Both the position numbers and the translations under genes were made by a program. A stretch of DNA of 62,342 nt, the filler included, from Sphacelaria rigidula (Eukaryota): the NCBI GenBank assembly GCA_964200075.2. It is 8 parts of 8 records of this genome, joined end to end, with 100 filler letters (N's around TTAATTAATTAA, not from the genome) between each part and the next. Parts side by side here need not be neighbours in the genome. Positions count along the whole stretch, not along the records: positions 23,419 to 31,123 come from CAXNAA020013730.1; positions 31,224 to 38,928 come from CAXNAA020013731.1; 6 more parts are not named here. One strand, 5' to 3'. Each line of letters begins with the position of its first letter. Position 1 is the stretch's first letter. Of this stretch, positions 24,021-37,229 are shown piece after piece. The notes beneath the pieces were generated by a model. That model saw nothing but the letters and a program-made list of their open reading frames with translations. It was not told the origin of the DNA and made no database searches.

Positions 24021-25571
24021 TAAGCGTCCTGATTTTTTTCTGACTGATTCCACGCGCACATTTTTTTCCGAAGCTGTGCACTCACAAGAAACTTTCATCT
24101 GCTCGCATGCTTAACACAGTGTAGATCTGTGGAGAAAACCGGGCGTTTCATAAGCCTAAGAAGCGAGGTCACCTCGCAAAACGCCCGCCGTTTTGCTGAT
24201 TGCAGCACTCGTTCAGTTCACACCCAAATGGTAACTGCAGCAGTGGCCTCTGAGCATTAGCATTTACAACTGTCAGGCACTCTTTTGCGCAACAATGCCA
24301 GCAACAGTAGGAGGCCAGTCCAATACCGTGGGAGTCGGACTTCTTCGCTCCGGTGGCAGTAGCAGTAGTAGTGAGGAACAGGGGTGGTGATTTGCGTAGA
24401 TGACACGTACGTATGTTGACGTGTGCCAGCGGCAGTAAGGACAACTGTTTTTGTATTTCCTCGTTCAGGGTGCACGCTCATGCGCGGCGGGAAAAGGAAG
24501 AAACATAATACAGCTATGTGCTCCATTGACCCATCATGACGGTGTCCGGCCAGCGTCTGACGAAGTTTTGCGGAGAAGGGTCTTCGACGTGTACATTGCC
24601 GGCGTTGATGACGTACGGGTACCTCCCCCTAGCCTGCTCGACGATCAACCGTATGACCTTCGCGATCTGCGATTGGTCTGTATCCGTCTGACCCGTTTAA
24701 CCTACACACACTTCTCGTGTGGTGACCTGAAGAACCCGGTTGCCCTGCACACATGGCGTGATGAATGATCTGTATGACCCGTGTGATTCGTACAAAGTCT
24801 GCCTGATGGTGATCGGTATGACCCGAGTGTTCGTACCAGGGTTTCCAGAAGAGGTGATTTGTATACTCTGTTTATCAGTACATCACCTCCTTGGGAACAC
24901 CTGTGTTATCCGAATCAGGTGTACACGAAACGTCAAGAAGAACCTGTGTATCCTTCTAACCCGTACAAAATACCTCCCTCGAGCCTGGTGCTACCCGAAA
25001 CACGAGGACCGTTCCATAAACTATTTGCATTATGCCATTCGAATCGTGTACACAAATGTGTTCACACTCCACCTGTATGACCTGGGTCCCATAGAAGAGG
25101 ATCTGTCCGACGTGTGAAAGCGTTTTTTGTCAAGCCATACAACGCGCAAGCAGAACTGCCTGCTGTGAGATGGGAACATCACAGCCCCAGGATTCGGAAG
25201 ATGTTCTATGGTCGAACGCATAGATGAACACCAGTTGGGCATGGACGCTCGGGCCGCTCGTTGGCCGAAAAAAAAGGTTCCATAAAAAGAGTTTCCAAAA
25301 ACGCCCCGTGATTGGTTCAGCGACAATACCCCGCACCCCCTGAAAAGGAAGCGTCGATACTGTTTTTTTGCTGGGAAGTGTTCTGGATATAGTGTTGGGT
25401 TTCTGGAAATAAGTTGGGGTGTTCGCCAAAACGTTTTGCTTGTAGGGAAACGAAGACAACAACGCTACCAAGAGGCGACGCGTGGAGGGAAGACACAAAC
25501 CTACGGTACAGCCACACATAAATTTCCGAGGCACACAGTCCTAAGAGAGATAACGCATGACTCGAGTCGCA

Positions 25572-25820
25572 GACACTTTCTACGATAGCCCCCCCCCCAA
25601 AATCAGCTAAAAGTGTCACGAAAAAAATGGCCATAAAACGCCTGATGTTCGTGTTCAGGCTGCATGAAGCGACTCATATTGGTGACATTGGCTAGAACGA
25701 ACCTAAGCGTGGGAATTCCCAGCTTCTCGTTGTGCTGGGCTTTTCCCATGTCGATTTACGTGAAGGTTTTGCCTCCCAACACTATGCACTTTGGGGGGGG
25801 GGGCTATCGTAGAAAGTGTC
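25572..25820. mobile_element. MITE with GACACTTTCTACGATAGCCCCCC TIRs (relative at 54639-55100; related ends at ~7885-7904 and ~39083-39103)
   Basis: Near-perfect ~30-bp inverted ends. Interior 25700-25815 aligns with 54980-55097. Confidence 0.8.
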
Positions 25821-27134
25821 CGCAGCTGGTGATCAGCCGAGTAAGATATGCTTGGTTTAGGACGAAGCGACTCACAATTGAAAGAGGTGCTACCCTTGAT
25901 GTCAGACTTACGTCAAGCGTAGCACGCTCAGCCGGTTGTCAAACGTCTGTTGCTGGCATTTTTTCAGTACGTACACGACCGACCCTCCTCCAATACTAGA
26001 CGGATTTTCCTGGAGTACAGACCACTTTGTGTGGAAGAATGAGCAAGGGCTAGCGCCAGCGTGGTGAGCTTGTGTGGAGTGAGCTTGTGCATGCTTGTCT
26101 GGGCTCTGTTGTGTAGATGTAATGTGCTTTGGTCACGGTCCTCGTGCTGAGCGTTTAGACCTGATTCAACCTGTGTTCGGTTCAAAGAAACACCGCTCTC
26201 GGGAAAATGAGGTTCATGCGTGTGTTCTCCGTAAAACTGGAACATCCCGCTGTGGGCAAACAAACTGCCGTGCACACTGTGCTGTGGAACCCTTTTTATT
26301 CGTCCCGTCACCATACACGACCTGAAATATTTTCAAGAAGCATCAGAAAAGCCCACACGACTAGGTCTAGAGCTCTTCGCGCGGTTGCACTGTCAAGTAG
26401 GGGGTTTTATGTTCATAGTATTAAGTTGTTGTTGAGGCAGCGCCCACCCGATGCGACAGCTACACGGCGTAGCACAGACAGGCTTTTCTCTACGATTTGT
26501 AGAGTATCCGTGTACTACAGTACGAGCGTGCTGCCGCGATTATTACTCATGGTAGTCTCCGCGCATCACAGCCAAATGTATTTATATGTATAACTGGTTG
26601 TGCCCCATGCACAGTGATTACACAAGGCAGGGCATGTTCGAGCTGAATATCCCTCCTTCTATGCAGAGGTTGTCTCTCGACAAGAAATAACTATTCTGAT
26701 CCCTCTCCCCCAAAAGCCCGTCCAACCAGCGTCCGAGTAGCGGCCCGGGTGCTGAAGGGATACCCCAACGAGTCTGCGCGAGTCATGTCGGTAGCTACAA
26801 ATGCAAGAATAGAGGCCAGTTGTAATGACTTCACCTTTCCGCAAACCCGAGAAGGAAGAACAGGGTCTCGGCAGAGACGCCGATCATACTGGTTCACTTT
26901 CCTGGAAGTGTCCCGTACCCCCACTACAGTGGAGTAGTCAGCGCGGGGTATTCATGCAAGCGCTATACTCTACAACTCGTGTGGATGCACGCAGTCTCCT
27001 GTTCGCCACTCGACTGACCGAGCACACTTCTTTCGCCCATCTCTCGTCGTCTCCGCTCCGCATCCACCTCTAACAACAACGACGACGACCGCTGTGGCGG
27101 CGACACGAAACATACAACAACCGGACGCGCGCAG

Positions 27135-27410
27135 ACGGTGAGCGAAGCAACGGTATACGTGGATGTACCCGCGGGTACACGATCCAAGGACATCACGTGT
27201 ACCATCGAGCCCCGGCGACTCAGGCTCAAGATTAAATGCGCCCAAACGTACGACGTAGTCATTGACGGTGAGTTGCCGACTGCGGTATCAAGGGAAGACA
27301 GTATGTGGAGCCTCAACGACGGCAACGCCGTGGTGATTTCGCTGGAGAAGACGAAGCGGACCTGGTGGGGGAGCGTGGTGAAGGGGGACCCGGAGATCGA
27401 TACTAGCAAG
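27135..27410 (+). CDS. NudC-family co-chaperone, CS/p23-domain exon (internal; upstream exons not identified)
   Basis: cag| acceptor at 27134, |gtgaa donor at 27411, 92 codons: TVSEATVYVDVP...IDGEL...EDSMWSL...ISLEK...WWGSVVKGDPEIDTSK. Confidence 0.88.
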
Positions 27411-28344
27411 GTGAAATACTGCACGGTGACTATGCGATTTGTTGCGGATGAGGTGTTTTTGAAGTCAAGCGATCTTCGTAGTCGTCGTCGTCGTGGTTGT
27501 TGTTGTTGCAGGTGTCTTGCGTTTTTGAGCGTTTGGCAGGTTGCCTCTACTGCGATTGGTGAGCAATATAGAAATGTTGTGCTGGAGACAACGCCCATAT
27601 ATGCCCTCAAAATGCATGCGTTACTATCGTGGTTTTTCGCGGAGGTATGCTACTTGAGCCGTCCTTTCAGACGGTAACGTTACACACACGGGGGGATGTT
27701 GGCAGGGAGTGGCATCGGAAGCGTCTCAACAAACTGTTCTGTGAAGTCACTGACAGCCACGTGGTGTCCATTCCTAATCACATGCTCGTAAAAATACTTG
27801 GAAAAAAAGAAAAATTTTGCTGGATAAACACCAGTAGAGCATACGTATTGGTCGTGAAGCATGGTTGACGCGGTCGGTTACTTGATTTTAAGGCCGAAAC
27901 CGATTTCGGATCTTTAGAAGGGTTGACAGTCCCAAGTACTCCTAGCTTGCCCAGAGCGTGTTTTTTCGCCAGAACATGTTTTTTTTTGTCGGAACGTGTT
28001 TTTTCCGATATCGGCGCCGATTTGAGGCCTGCCAACGCACGCTTTGCCTAGCGCACCCTTTGCATCCCCCTTGTCCGAGGCTTTTTGTATGCTTTGGTCG
28101 GGGTTAGGGTTATGGTCAGCGTTAGTTTAAGGTTACGAATTTCCGAGAACGCTCTGTCAGCCATGTTTGACGACCAATGCGTAAGCCCGGTTCGTAAGCG
28201 CATATACACCAATACCAGAGAACTGCACAGCCGCACCCGCTCGCTCAGATTGTTTTCTGCACCCTTATTCCCTGTACATATTCTGAGCAATGTTGGCGAA
28301 TGCTTCTCATCACCTTGACCTACTCTTGATAAATGTGGACGCAG

Positions 28345-28527
28345 GTTGACTCGACAGCCAGGATTGGAGAGTTCGACGAGGAGACGCAGGGCACGATTCG
28401 AAAAATCATGTTCGATCAGCGTCAGAAAGCACAAGGACTTCCCACGAGCGACCATCTCTCCGCGGAGGCTGTCCTTGAAAGGGCAAAAGGCTTACCCGGC
28501 AGCCCTTTCCTCCCTGAGGGGACATAG
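28345..28527 (+). CDS. NudC-family co-chaperone, terminal exon
   Basis: cag| acceptor at 28344, phase 0 with the previous exon. VDSTARIGEFDEETQGTIRKIMFDQRQKAQGLPTSD is the NudC C-terminal signature. TAG stop at 28527. Confidence 0.9.
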   Translation, partial: VDSTARIGEFDEETQGTIRKIMFDQRQKAQGLPTSDHLSAEAVLERAKGLPGSPFLPEGT

Positions 28528-29700
28528 TGCATGCAGGGACAGTGGTGTTGGGGGCCCTCCGCAGTAGTAGGACCGATGGCACCGGTACTAGGAGTGCTGA
28601 TGAATTTTCTGCCGCTGGGGGAACAGCAGCATGATCCGTAGATTTCGAGACTGATGTGTAACATTGATCGTTTCAGGTATCTCTTTGAGTAATAGCCATC
28701 GTCTTGTGCGATCATGCGGGGTGATAAATTAGTATAAAAGGCGTGTGTACCATGTATGAAATAATGTATAAAACGTGTACAGAAAAAGTACATATGTGAT
28801 GCTGCCCAAGTTTCTCTGGCCGCGAAAAGTGGTCGACGGGGTTGTCTTTCCGCTTTTGCTGCGCTTCTTCTCCCATTGCCTCGCAATCCTCCGCGAATGT
28901 GCCCCCGTCGTGAACGAAAATAGGAAGCGTGCAACGCAGGCAATGACGCCACAGCTATTTGTTGCTGTCAGTACAACCACGGACGGCATTTCAAGGCGTT
29001 TCACGTCTTGTATCGCCCATGTTCTTTGTTCCAATGGAGTTTCTTGTCCGCCGGCTGTCCCGTAAAGTTTTTGAAGGATGGTTTTTGCAGGTGTGGGTAG
29101 ATGCTATTACAGTATACACGGACATAAGAGCTCGCTTAGCGAGAGTCGCCGAACGTATATGTAAGCTGTAGCCAAGATAAGAGGGCAGTGCGATAGTCTG
29201 TCATGTTCACGGGAGGCGAGCATACGCCCTTCTCCATTTTATTCATCTCTCTGCTGTGCGTCCTGACCTTCGTGTTGTATATCAACGAAAACATGTATGA
29301 CTAGCGTAGTCATTGCTGCCATTCTCTTCTACATGACGATCAGTGTGCTGCTAGTGGTGGCTTTGCACGGAGGATGACGATAACGGACTTCACGTGGGCG
29401 TAATCTTTCACGAATAAACTCTTCTTTGGAACCCCCAAGATAGTTTATACAGCTGGCATAGACATGGGGGTCGCGGAGGTTAAGGAGCGACTTACATTTT
29501 TGTCTCGAGCGCAGCTGCATTTCGAGCGTTCACTTGCAAGTTTTGGTATCCTAGACCCATACAGACTGGGCCGGCCAAGGAAACAGCTCGTGTTGGATGG
29601 TCTTATATTATGAACGGCGCTGAGTCAGGTCAAGCTGGGTATATTGTTGAAATCGGGTAGTTGAGGCGGTCACGCGCAGCCATTCAGCTCGAGAGAATCG

Positions 29701-29928
29701 GAGCAATGCTACGGTAGGGGTGCACTTTTACCGCAAAATCTTATCTGGTTCAGGGGCTCCTAACGATTCTAGATGCACAAGAATATGGGTCAGGGCATCC
29801 CCGCTTGCAAATTTTTGCGGGATGTCCCTACTCTAGCACATTGGAATAGTAATCCTGGCGTACCCTCACATATTTCATAAGTCGTGTTTCAGATCAGATG
29901 AAGGTACGCCCGACCGTAGCACCAACTC
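29701..29928. mobile_element. MITE, same family as 14929-15191
   Basis: GAGCAATGCTACGGTAGGGGTGCAC...CCGTAGCACCAACTC. Confidence 0.8.
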
Positions 29929-30059
29929 TAAAGCGAAGGGGCACATGCCATACAGCTTTAAGGATACTGAGAAAAAAATGAGATTCTGGGTGAACTCTCT
30001 AGTGCTCACCCATCGTTGAAATGTCATGGACCAGAGGTCTAGCGTGAACTAATAACTTC

Positions 30060-30330
30060 AATTCAAAGTTATAGCGTATTCTCATGATTTTGCATGCCGT
30101 AGTCGTACGACCGTTGACCTCGTGAAGTCGCCGGCGGGGAAGGACGCAAACGCAGAAACTGCACGAGAAAAAACGCCGGGTGCAGAAGAAGTGATCTTCC
30201 AAGAACAAAGCAACCCGATGAAGGAGGTTGAACACTCAAATCGGGTTACAGTCGTCTTCCAAAACGTCAAATTTTACGTGAAGCATTTTGCCAAAAACAA
30301 CCAACTGAAGATTTTTCTCGTCTATTGAAG
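30060..30330 (-). pseudogene. Possible hAT transposase C-terminal dimerisation-domain relic
   Basis: Frameshifted LTFWK...LHRVALFL...TSSAPGVFSRA...RRRL...IMRIRYN resembles the hATC pattern (L.FWK...L.RVA...TSAPSERVFS). Weak. Confidence 0.35.
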
Positions 30331-31450
30331 ATTTCCGAGGTTGCCTTATCGGGCATTGTTGCTCCCGTATCTAAAGCCATATGTATCTCGCTTCGCACAT
30401 TCGGGACGGCTCTCACAAGGCAGCTGTCGTCCGCTTCCTTTTGCTTCATCAAATTGTTGAGGAGTTTTTCGACATGTCTCGAAATGATGAAAGAGGAAAC
30501 ACATGTATATTTATGAAAAGTAAAAGTACTGCCGTTGGTGTTTCGGAAAATAATTCTATTTACTGGAAACGTTTTACAGGTGTAGGAATAGGACATTCCA
30601 GAGGTCAGGTGTGGGTTACTACTCCCTGCCCCTTACGAATTTTCGTGGGACTCGAAAAAAACTCCGGACCATGAATTTTCAATATGAGGGAATCCTAATC
30701 CTATTAAAGCGACTTTCCCTACCTGGTGAAGGCTGTTTCGAATGTACGAAAAAAAGGAGATTTACTTGGCTACAAACACCGGAGCAGTAATGCGTGACAG
30801 GGCAATAAGTAAAGAGAAAATTCAAAGACAAAAAAAATCCTCAGTTGGTTGTTTTTGCGAAACTGCTTCACGTGAAGTGTGACTTTTCGGAAGGCGAAGT
30901 CCTTCTACCCGATTTGAGTGCTCAAACTCCTTTTCAGGATCTCTTCCTTGTTCAAGGGCGATGTACGCTCCGGTTGTGCAGATGCGACCAACTAAATTCG
31001 TTCACCATCGGTCGGATAAGTTGGAAGCAGACGACGCGTTGTTGACACGAGATACCTTGAATAACCAGAGCAATGCTACGGTAGGGGTGCACTTTTTTCG
31101 CAAAATTTTGTCTGGTTCCGAGGNNNNNNNNNNNNNNNNNNNNNNNNNNNNNNNNNNNNNNNNNNNNTTAATTAATTAANNNNNNNNNNNNNNNNNNNNN
31201 NNNNNNNNNNNNNNNNNNNNNNNCGCCCCTACAAAGCCGGGACGGAGCACGCCGGGTTCTCGCCAGACCAGGGGGGGGGGGGGTACTCATGATCTTGCAT
31301 GCCATGGCCATAAAACCATCGACGGTATCTATATGAAGCCGGGACGAAGCACGCTTGGTTTTCGCCGAATGAGGCTCGCAATCGATCACGAAGCGCGAAG
31401 CGCCGTGGTGTGCTCGGCGAGTGAAGGGTGAGCTGCATCCTGCTAAGATT

Positions 31451-31783
31451 CACACGCGGCCATTCGGCTTCACCCCAAAATGCCTCCGGAGGGATGCGCG
31501 ACCCTCCAGGGGGAAAACACGCCTCCGGAGGCCTTCAATCCCTTTGGAGGAAATCAAACTCTACCGACCCAGAGGGCCGCGCATCCCTCCGGAGGAATTT
31601 GGGGGTATGCGCGGCCCTCCAGAGGCAAAAATAAGCCTCCGGAGACGTTTCATCCCTCTGGAGGAGACCAAAAAAACTCCTCTGGAGGGCCGCGCAGCCC
31701 TCTGGAGGCATTTAATTCCTGTGGAGGCTCGAAAAGTGTACCCATCTCGAGGAATTTTGGAGGTAGCCAAATGGCCGCGTGTG
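31451..31783. mobile_element. CACAC-terminus MITE (CACTA/CMC-like), 2-bp TSD TT
   Basis: TIR CACACGCGGCCATT(C/T)GGCT. Flanks agatt|...|ttgctc. Empty paralogous site agatt-gttc at ~32117-32125. Confidence 0.85.
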
Positions 31784-34271
31784 TTGCTCGCCCGGAAGCC
31801 CACTGATTTTCTTGTATTTGGATGACAGCCTCCAATGAGATGCTTTATTTTCGGGTATCGCCACTTCCAGAGACAGCCACGGCTATACACTGCCTCATCG
31901 GTGTCTCGCTATGTCTCACCGATAGGGGGGAGGAGCGCGGGGGGGTGGACCCATGATCTTGCATGCCATAGCCATATGATCATTGACCTCGCATCCCTAC
32001 AAAGCCGGGACAAAGCACGCCGGGTTTTCGCCGGACCAGGCTCGAAATCGATTACCAAGCGCATAGCACCGCGATGTTCTCGACGAGTCGCATGAAGGGT
32101 GAGCTGCATCCTGCTCAGATTGTTCAGCTCGAAGCGTACAATAAAGAGTGCCCCCTACCGTAGAATCACTCGAATCAGCTTCATTTATCGGTCACGAGCG
32201 CATTTGAACAGCCGTTGCTGCTTTCAACGACGATTTGGAGTGGAGTTTCGTGGAAGAAACGGCCCAAAAAACGCGACGGAAAACATCATGTGCAACGGCG
32301 ACATATACACCGTGACTCGCATCTTCGTGTCCACCAGCGCGCTTCCAGTACAAATAATCTTCATCACATCATCGGCCTCGAAACCCTTGGATCCTACACA
32401 GGAACCCCACTCATTTCGACACCACCCAGTGTTTCTGTTAGTGTTCATAGGCGCTGCCTTTCCCTGGTCCCAGCACTCGGTCGCACTGCTTGAACGCATT
32501 TGTGACTATTGGAGGCGTATCTTCGGCCGCGTCCGGCATGTCTTCGCCCGCCTCTAGTATGTCTTCTTCCGCCTCAGGCGTGTCTTCGTCCGAGCCAGGC
32601 ATGTCTTCGTCCGCCTCATGCATGTCTTCGGCCAACTCCATCCTGACGTTCTCGATTGCTGTCACCAGCAAAGGCCTGAGAACCTGTTTTGGCAAGCGAC
32701 AACCAACGTGGGAGTGAATTCTGTTCATCTCCACGGTTCTTGTATCGTGACGACACTTGACGTCGCTTCATGAATCAGTCATCTGCGAGCAGCGGAATAA
32801 AAAGTAACCCCTCCCCGACCCCCCCCGGCCTGACGCAACATCATGTGTATGTGATATCCGAAACGTTCCCCACACCAGGCGGACACTGGGCACAAACCTC
32901 TCCGAGGAGCTCCGCTTCCGTCGTAGATTCCCCGGAGATCGCGGGGATCACCGGGATGAAATCTACCATCGTTTCGGCGTGTTCTTTACTCATGGACACC
33001 TCCATAAAGTGTTCAATAAAGTCATGGGTAACCTGTCACAAGCGTAAAACATGAAGTATACACAGCCGGACATCGTGAGTAAACGTGGCCAGCAACATAT
33101 CCATGTGTGAGAGTACTGACGTCATCAAACGTCATTCGTGGCTGGTGCGCGGGAGGCTTTGATGCCTGTGCTTCTGGGTGAAGACGTCGCGACCGTTGGA
33201 CGAACAGGTCACGCGCCAGAGTAACGGCAGTGCTGTCGGGGCTTTCACCGGCACCAGCGAAAAGCTAGCACACTACGAGCTGGGCCAGCCTTAAAACAGA
33301 TTCAAGCTCCTAACCCTTTTGGGACTGAAGCTCACTAACAAGGGGTTCACCATGTGTCAGTAAAATCAGAATAAACAAGCCTGGGGGTGACCTGTCCAAT
33401 CAGGGCGAGGCGAAATTTATCGACCACATCAGAACGACCAGTGGGGGGGGACTGTTGCCGGGAGTGATGTCACTGCAAAGTTGGTGTACCCTGTCCCTCG
33501 CCCACAAAAAAGCCTTCGAAGCAAAAGAAACCCCAAGTCCTCGGGGCTCGGATTCCCGATTTTATCATCATTCACTTGCATTTTATCTAGGCCCACCTCC
33601 CATACCCCGATTTTTTTGGGTCACCGTCCTTTAGTATAACCTAGTTTTTAACACTAACACGTAGTGCTCGGGGGAAATTCGGGAATAAATGTACCCTACT
33701 ATATATGTGGTCATGTTCACAAGGCGACTGAACCTGGCAACGCTGTGGGACGAGAGACCCAGCTAGAGGCATGAGTTCTGCGTATCCCTCTGTCGACGCG
33801 GCGGTGAGGTCATGTATGCAGCGGCAGCTGCTGCTGCATTCGGAAAGGCGTGCTGCACTGTTGTACCTGCGGCGCAACGCCCATGTCGTTCGAAGCGAAT
33901 TTGTCGCTTGCAACAAAGAGGGAAATCGCGGCCCACCCCGACCACAAAGGGCTGTGTGGCAAGGTAATGGGGACAACATCCAAGGCCACAAGTGGCGGGC
34001 GGCGGTTTGCCACATCCTGTTGAAAGCTCCCCACGGCGACTCATACTACTTGATACATATGTACATTTCCTGATGCGCACAACACCCGAATTACAGTACA
34101 GACAGTTAGTTTGTATATGCACCTGAAAATAGATTGTATAAAAAATTTGGTCTTCCTCTAACCCTGTGGTGGATTTTTAGCAACATCTAGCCACTGTTTC
34201 ATGCAAATGCAGGACACGTCATTCCTTACCGGCCTAATTGGTCGTTCTGGAGGCCCAGCCCCCAAAGGGTC

Positions 34272-34591
34272 AAGAATCGCCATATCTTACGCGAAACAAA
34301 ACGAAGTCCATCAATATTTATTCGGTACGTTTGTGGTACCAAGTACGAGTGCGTCACAAAAAATGAGGATTTTCACGGAATATTGAGAGTCCTAGAGCAA
34401 ATAGCAGCTTTTGGCATTTCCGCCCACACGCGTTCGCACGGAAATGTCGAAAATACGGTTTTGGCTCTAGGACCCTGAGCATTCCGCAAATCTTCCCAAT
34501 GTTTCGTGACGTGCTTGCAGTTGGTACCACAAACGTACCGAAGAAAAATTGGCGGACATCGTTTCGTCCTGCGGGAGTTATGGCGATTCTT
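34272..34591. repeat. 320-bp imperfect inverted repeat (foldback)
   Basis: AAGAATCGCCAT...ATGGCGATTCTT ends. Perfect 22-bp block 34321-34342 / 34521-34542. Inner pair gtcctagagc/gctctaggac. Confidence 0.88.
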
Positions 34592-37229
34592 ACTTTTCAG
34601 AATCTCATCCCACAGATAACGTTCATCCCAGACTGAGGTCTATTTACCACTTAGTAGGATGAAGATAGTTCTCGGAAAGTTACGGTGTGTGCAGGTGCTG
34701 AAGATCATAATTGTTCTTTTCGCACATGAGCTTGATGTTTGGAACAATACCTCTTGTGACATGTGTTCGTCACCAACTACTAACTGTCACCTCGTTCGTG
34801 ACAGTCCCGGAAAAATTGCGCCGCTTCTAATCAAGGGCGAGCACACAACACACACACACGACGCACACACGTTCAGTCAATGACACACACGCACCCTCAA
34901 GCACGAACACACATATACAAGGTCATTGTGCAGCATTCCTGCTGCGCCTCGACGTGCCAAGTCGCTGCAGTGTACTAGCGTGGAGAAGAAGATCTCACTT
35001 GATACATACAGTAGTCTGGCTACATGTGCACGAGTACTACAGTTAGTAGTAGTTGCGCAGCACACCTCCCGCTGCTGCAATTGCCATGCGGGCGATGTAG
35101 CCCGAGGGTAGAGCGACACAGTTCGACACAGTTCGAGAGTCTATGCCAAGGCTGCATCATCACACCACAGCGAAATTGTGAGCTTGTACCCGAGAGAGGA
35201 TGGCATGGGTAGCAGCTCCTGTATTGTGTGTAGTTGACTGAATTCAGTGCTGCGCTGGCGGGAAATCATACCGTTATGGCGGAAAACTACGGCGATAACG
35301 GAAACCCCGTTCTCCCAGGAGGGAGAGGGCTTATTGCCGAGGAACTGGACGGGATGCCTTCTACCCGTTTTTTCCCGGTCGACACTCAACACGCGGACTA
35401 TAGCAGTCACCCTCCGGCAGTACGCTCTGTACAATGTACAAAACGACCCTGCGTCTTCCACCAGGCTACCATATTGGTCGCAATAGGATTTGGTTGTTCT
35501 GAATCGGCACTGGTCGTTAGGGGCACTCCACGCGGCATTACTGCATCGGAGATAGGGCAAAACATCGAACCAGACATGCGGCTTCTTGTATCGGTGAGGA
35601 GGAGGGGGTAAGCATGGAGGGAGTGCGGCCGATCAGACGGTTTATCGGCGGAGGTGGCCGAGGCGGTCGCGACAGGAACGGCGGCGGAGCGGGAGGCGGT
35701 GGCGTATAGTCATGGCTATGCAGCAGGACCAGGCATCACTCCATCCTACGAAGCGTCGTGTGTGCAACTGCCCCAGAGTACCCGAAGAGGGGCAGGGCCG
35801 TGGGGATGTGGGGCGGGGGGGGAGAACGGGGGTTGGCGGCGGCGGGAGCGGGGGCGGGCGCAGTGGCAGCGGCGGTAGGGGGAGTGGACACGGGAACGGG
35901 GGCGGCTGCGGCGACTGGAGGGTGTATAAATCTATGATGTCTGCCTCCGATGCTCCAGGGGCAAGGCTGAATGGAACTCGTGAGTTTACAAGAGAACTGT
36001 GCAATTATGCGCGCCCTCTGCTTGTACTACGCTAAAGGCGCCATCCGCGGTTAAGGGCCGCTTGCCTTGTCCAGCTGAAAAATAAACATCACAAGTCGCT
36101 TTTTGGTTCGCCCAAAAAAAACTAAACCGTCGTCAAACAAGCTTCACGTAAAAAAAAATCGGCTCGGAATCGCCTCGAATTGATTTGTTCACCGTGCTAA
36201 TAAAATTTCCGTATTTTTTGTGCTCCTCGCCCCTCGATTCCGTTTCGCCGATTCGGGGAGACAGGGGGGAAAGGTGGTGCAGTATAATTCACGACCTTGT
36301 TGGGGCAAAAAAACAGCTTGGTTTGACTTAAATACTTCTTTGCGATAAAAGCTTCAACATGATCGTATGGGTTCGACCTGATCTTTTACTGCAAAAAATG
36401 CCGTCGTTGGCGACATATCTAGGACACAATAACTGAAACGACAATACGAAAAACAAGTGCGGGATTTGTTATCACCGCCCACAAATTAGCCTACAGTAAG
36501 TGTTTAATTGCGTTTGTCTCTGAAACCCCCAAAACTTCGTGTGAAACGATACACGTGAAATATCAGTTCGGGATCGCCCCGAATAAATGTGTTAACCACG
36601 TTTTTTTTTTTTTTTTTTGTTTTTATGCTCCTTGGCAGTCGATGCTGTGTCGCAGACCGTTTCATTTGGGGGGGGCACAGGCGTGTCGTCACCTGTTGAT
36701 CCAAGGACTCCGACTCTTTTGACTTGAATTTTCAATTGCGAGTAAAAGCTCCAACATGACCGTCTTTGCTCGACTGTTATGAATCTTCGTAATGCTTCGA
36801 TCTCTCTGCTTGTACCTGTCATTGTCTCTAACCGAACGTCACTGCTCTGGCGCACTTGTTTCCAGTTACACAACCGAGGCAATGCTCGTGAATCTCTTCA
36901 AACAGCTCCAATCACGTTCGACCTCATGTACCGGAGGCAGCGAAGAGTGTTTGAAGTATGTTTTGGAACGCGGGTCTACAGCGACATCGGATGCGGAAGG
37001 GTTTTACAGGTCAGACGGGAGTCAGATCGCGCACATGTTTTTGTGGAGGGCGGAGGGCGGAGGGCGCAAAACATCTTGTGGAAATCGTGAACCAGTAGCT
37101 GGTGAGTCGCGTTTCGTTGTCTCTCATGCTGTAATCGCTACAATTCTTGAAAAACCGATCCACGAGCATGGATATAAGTGAGGGGTCTGTGTAACGCCTG
37201 CAATTCCAAGGAAGCAATTGCCTGCCAGT

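Noticed and set aside
27411-27677. Extension of the 179-aa NudC ORF beyond 27410
   Set aside because: Read-through into the intron. Homology resumes at the acceptor at 28345.
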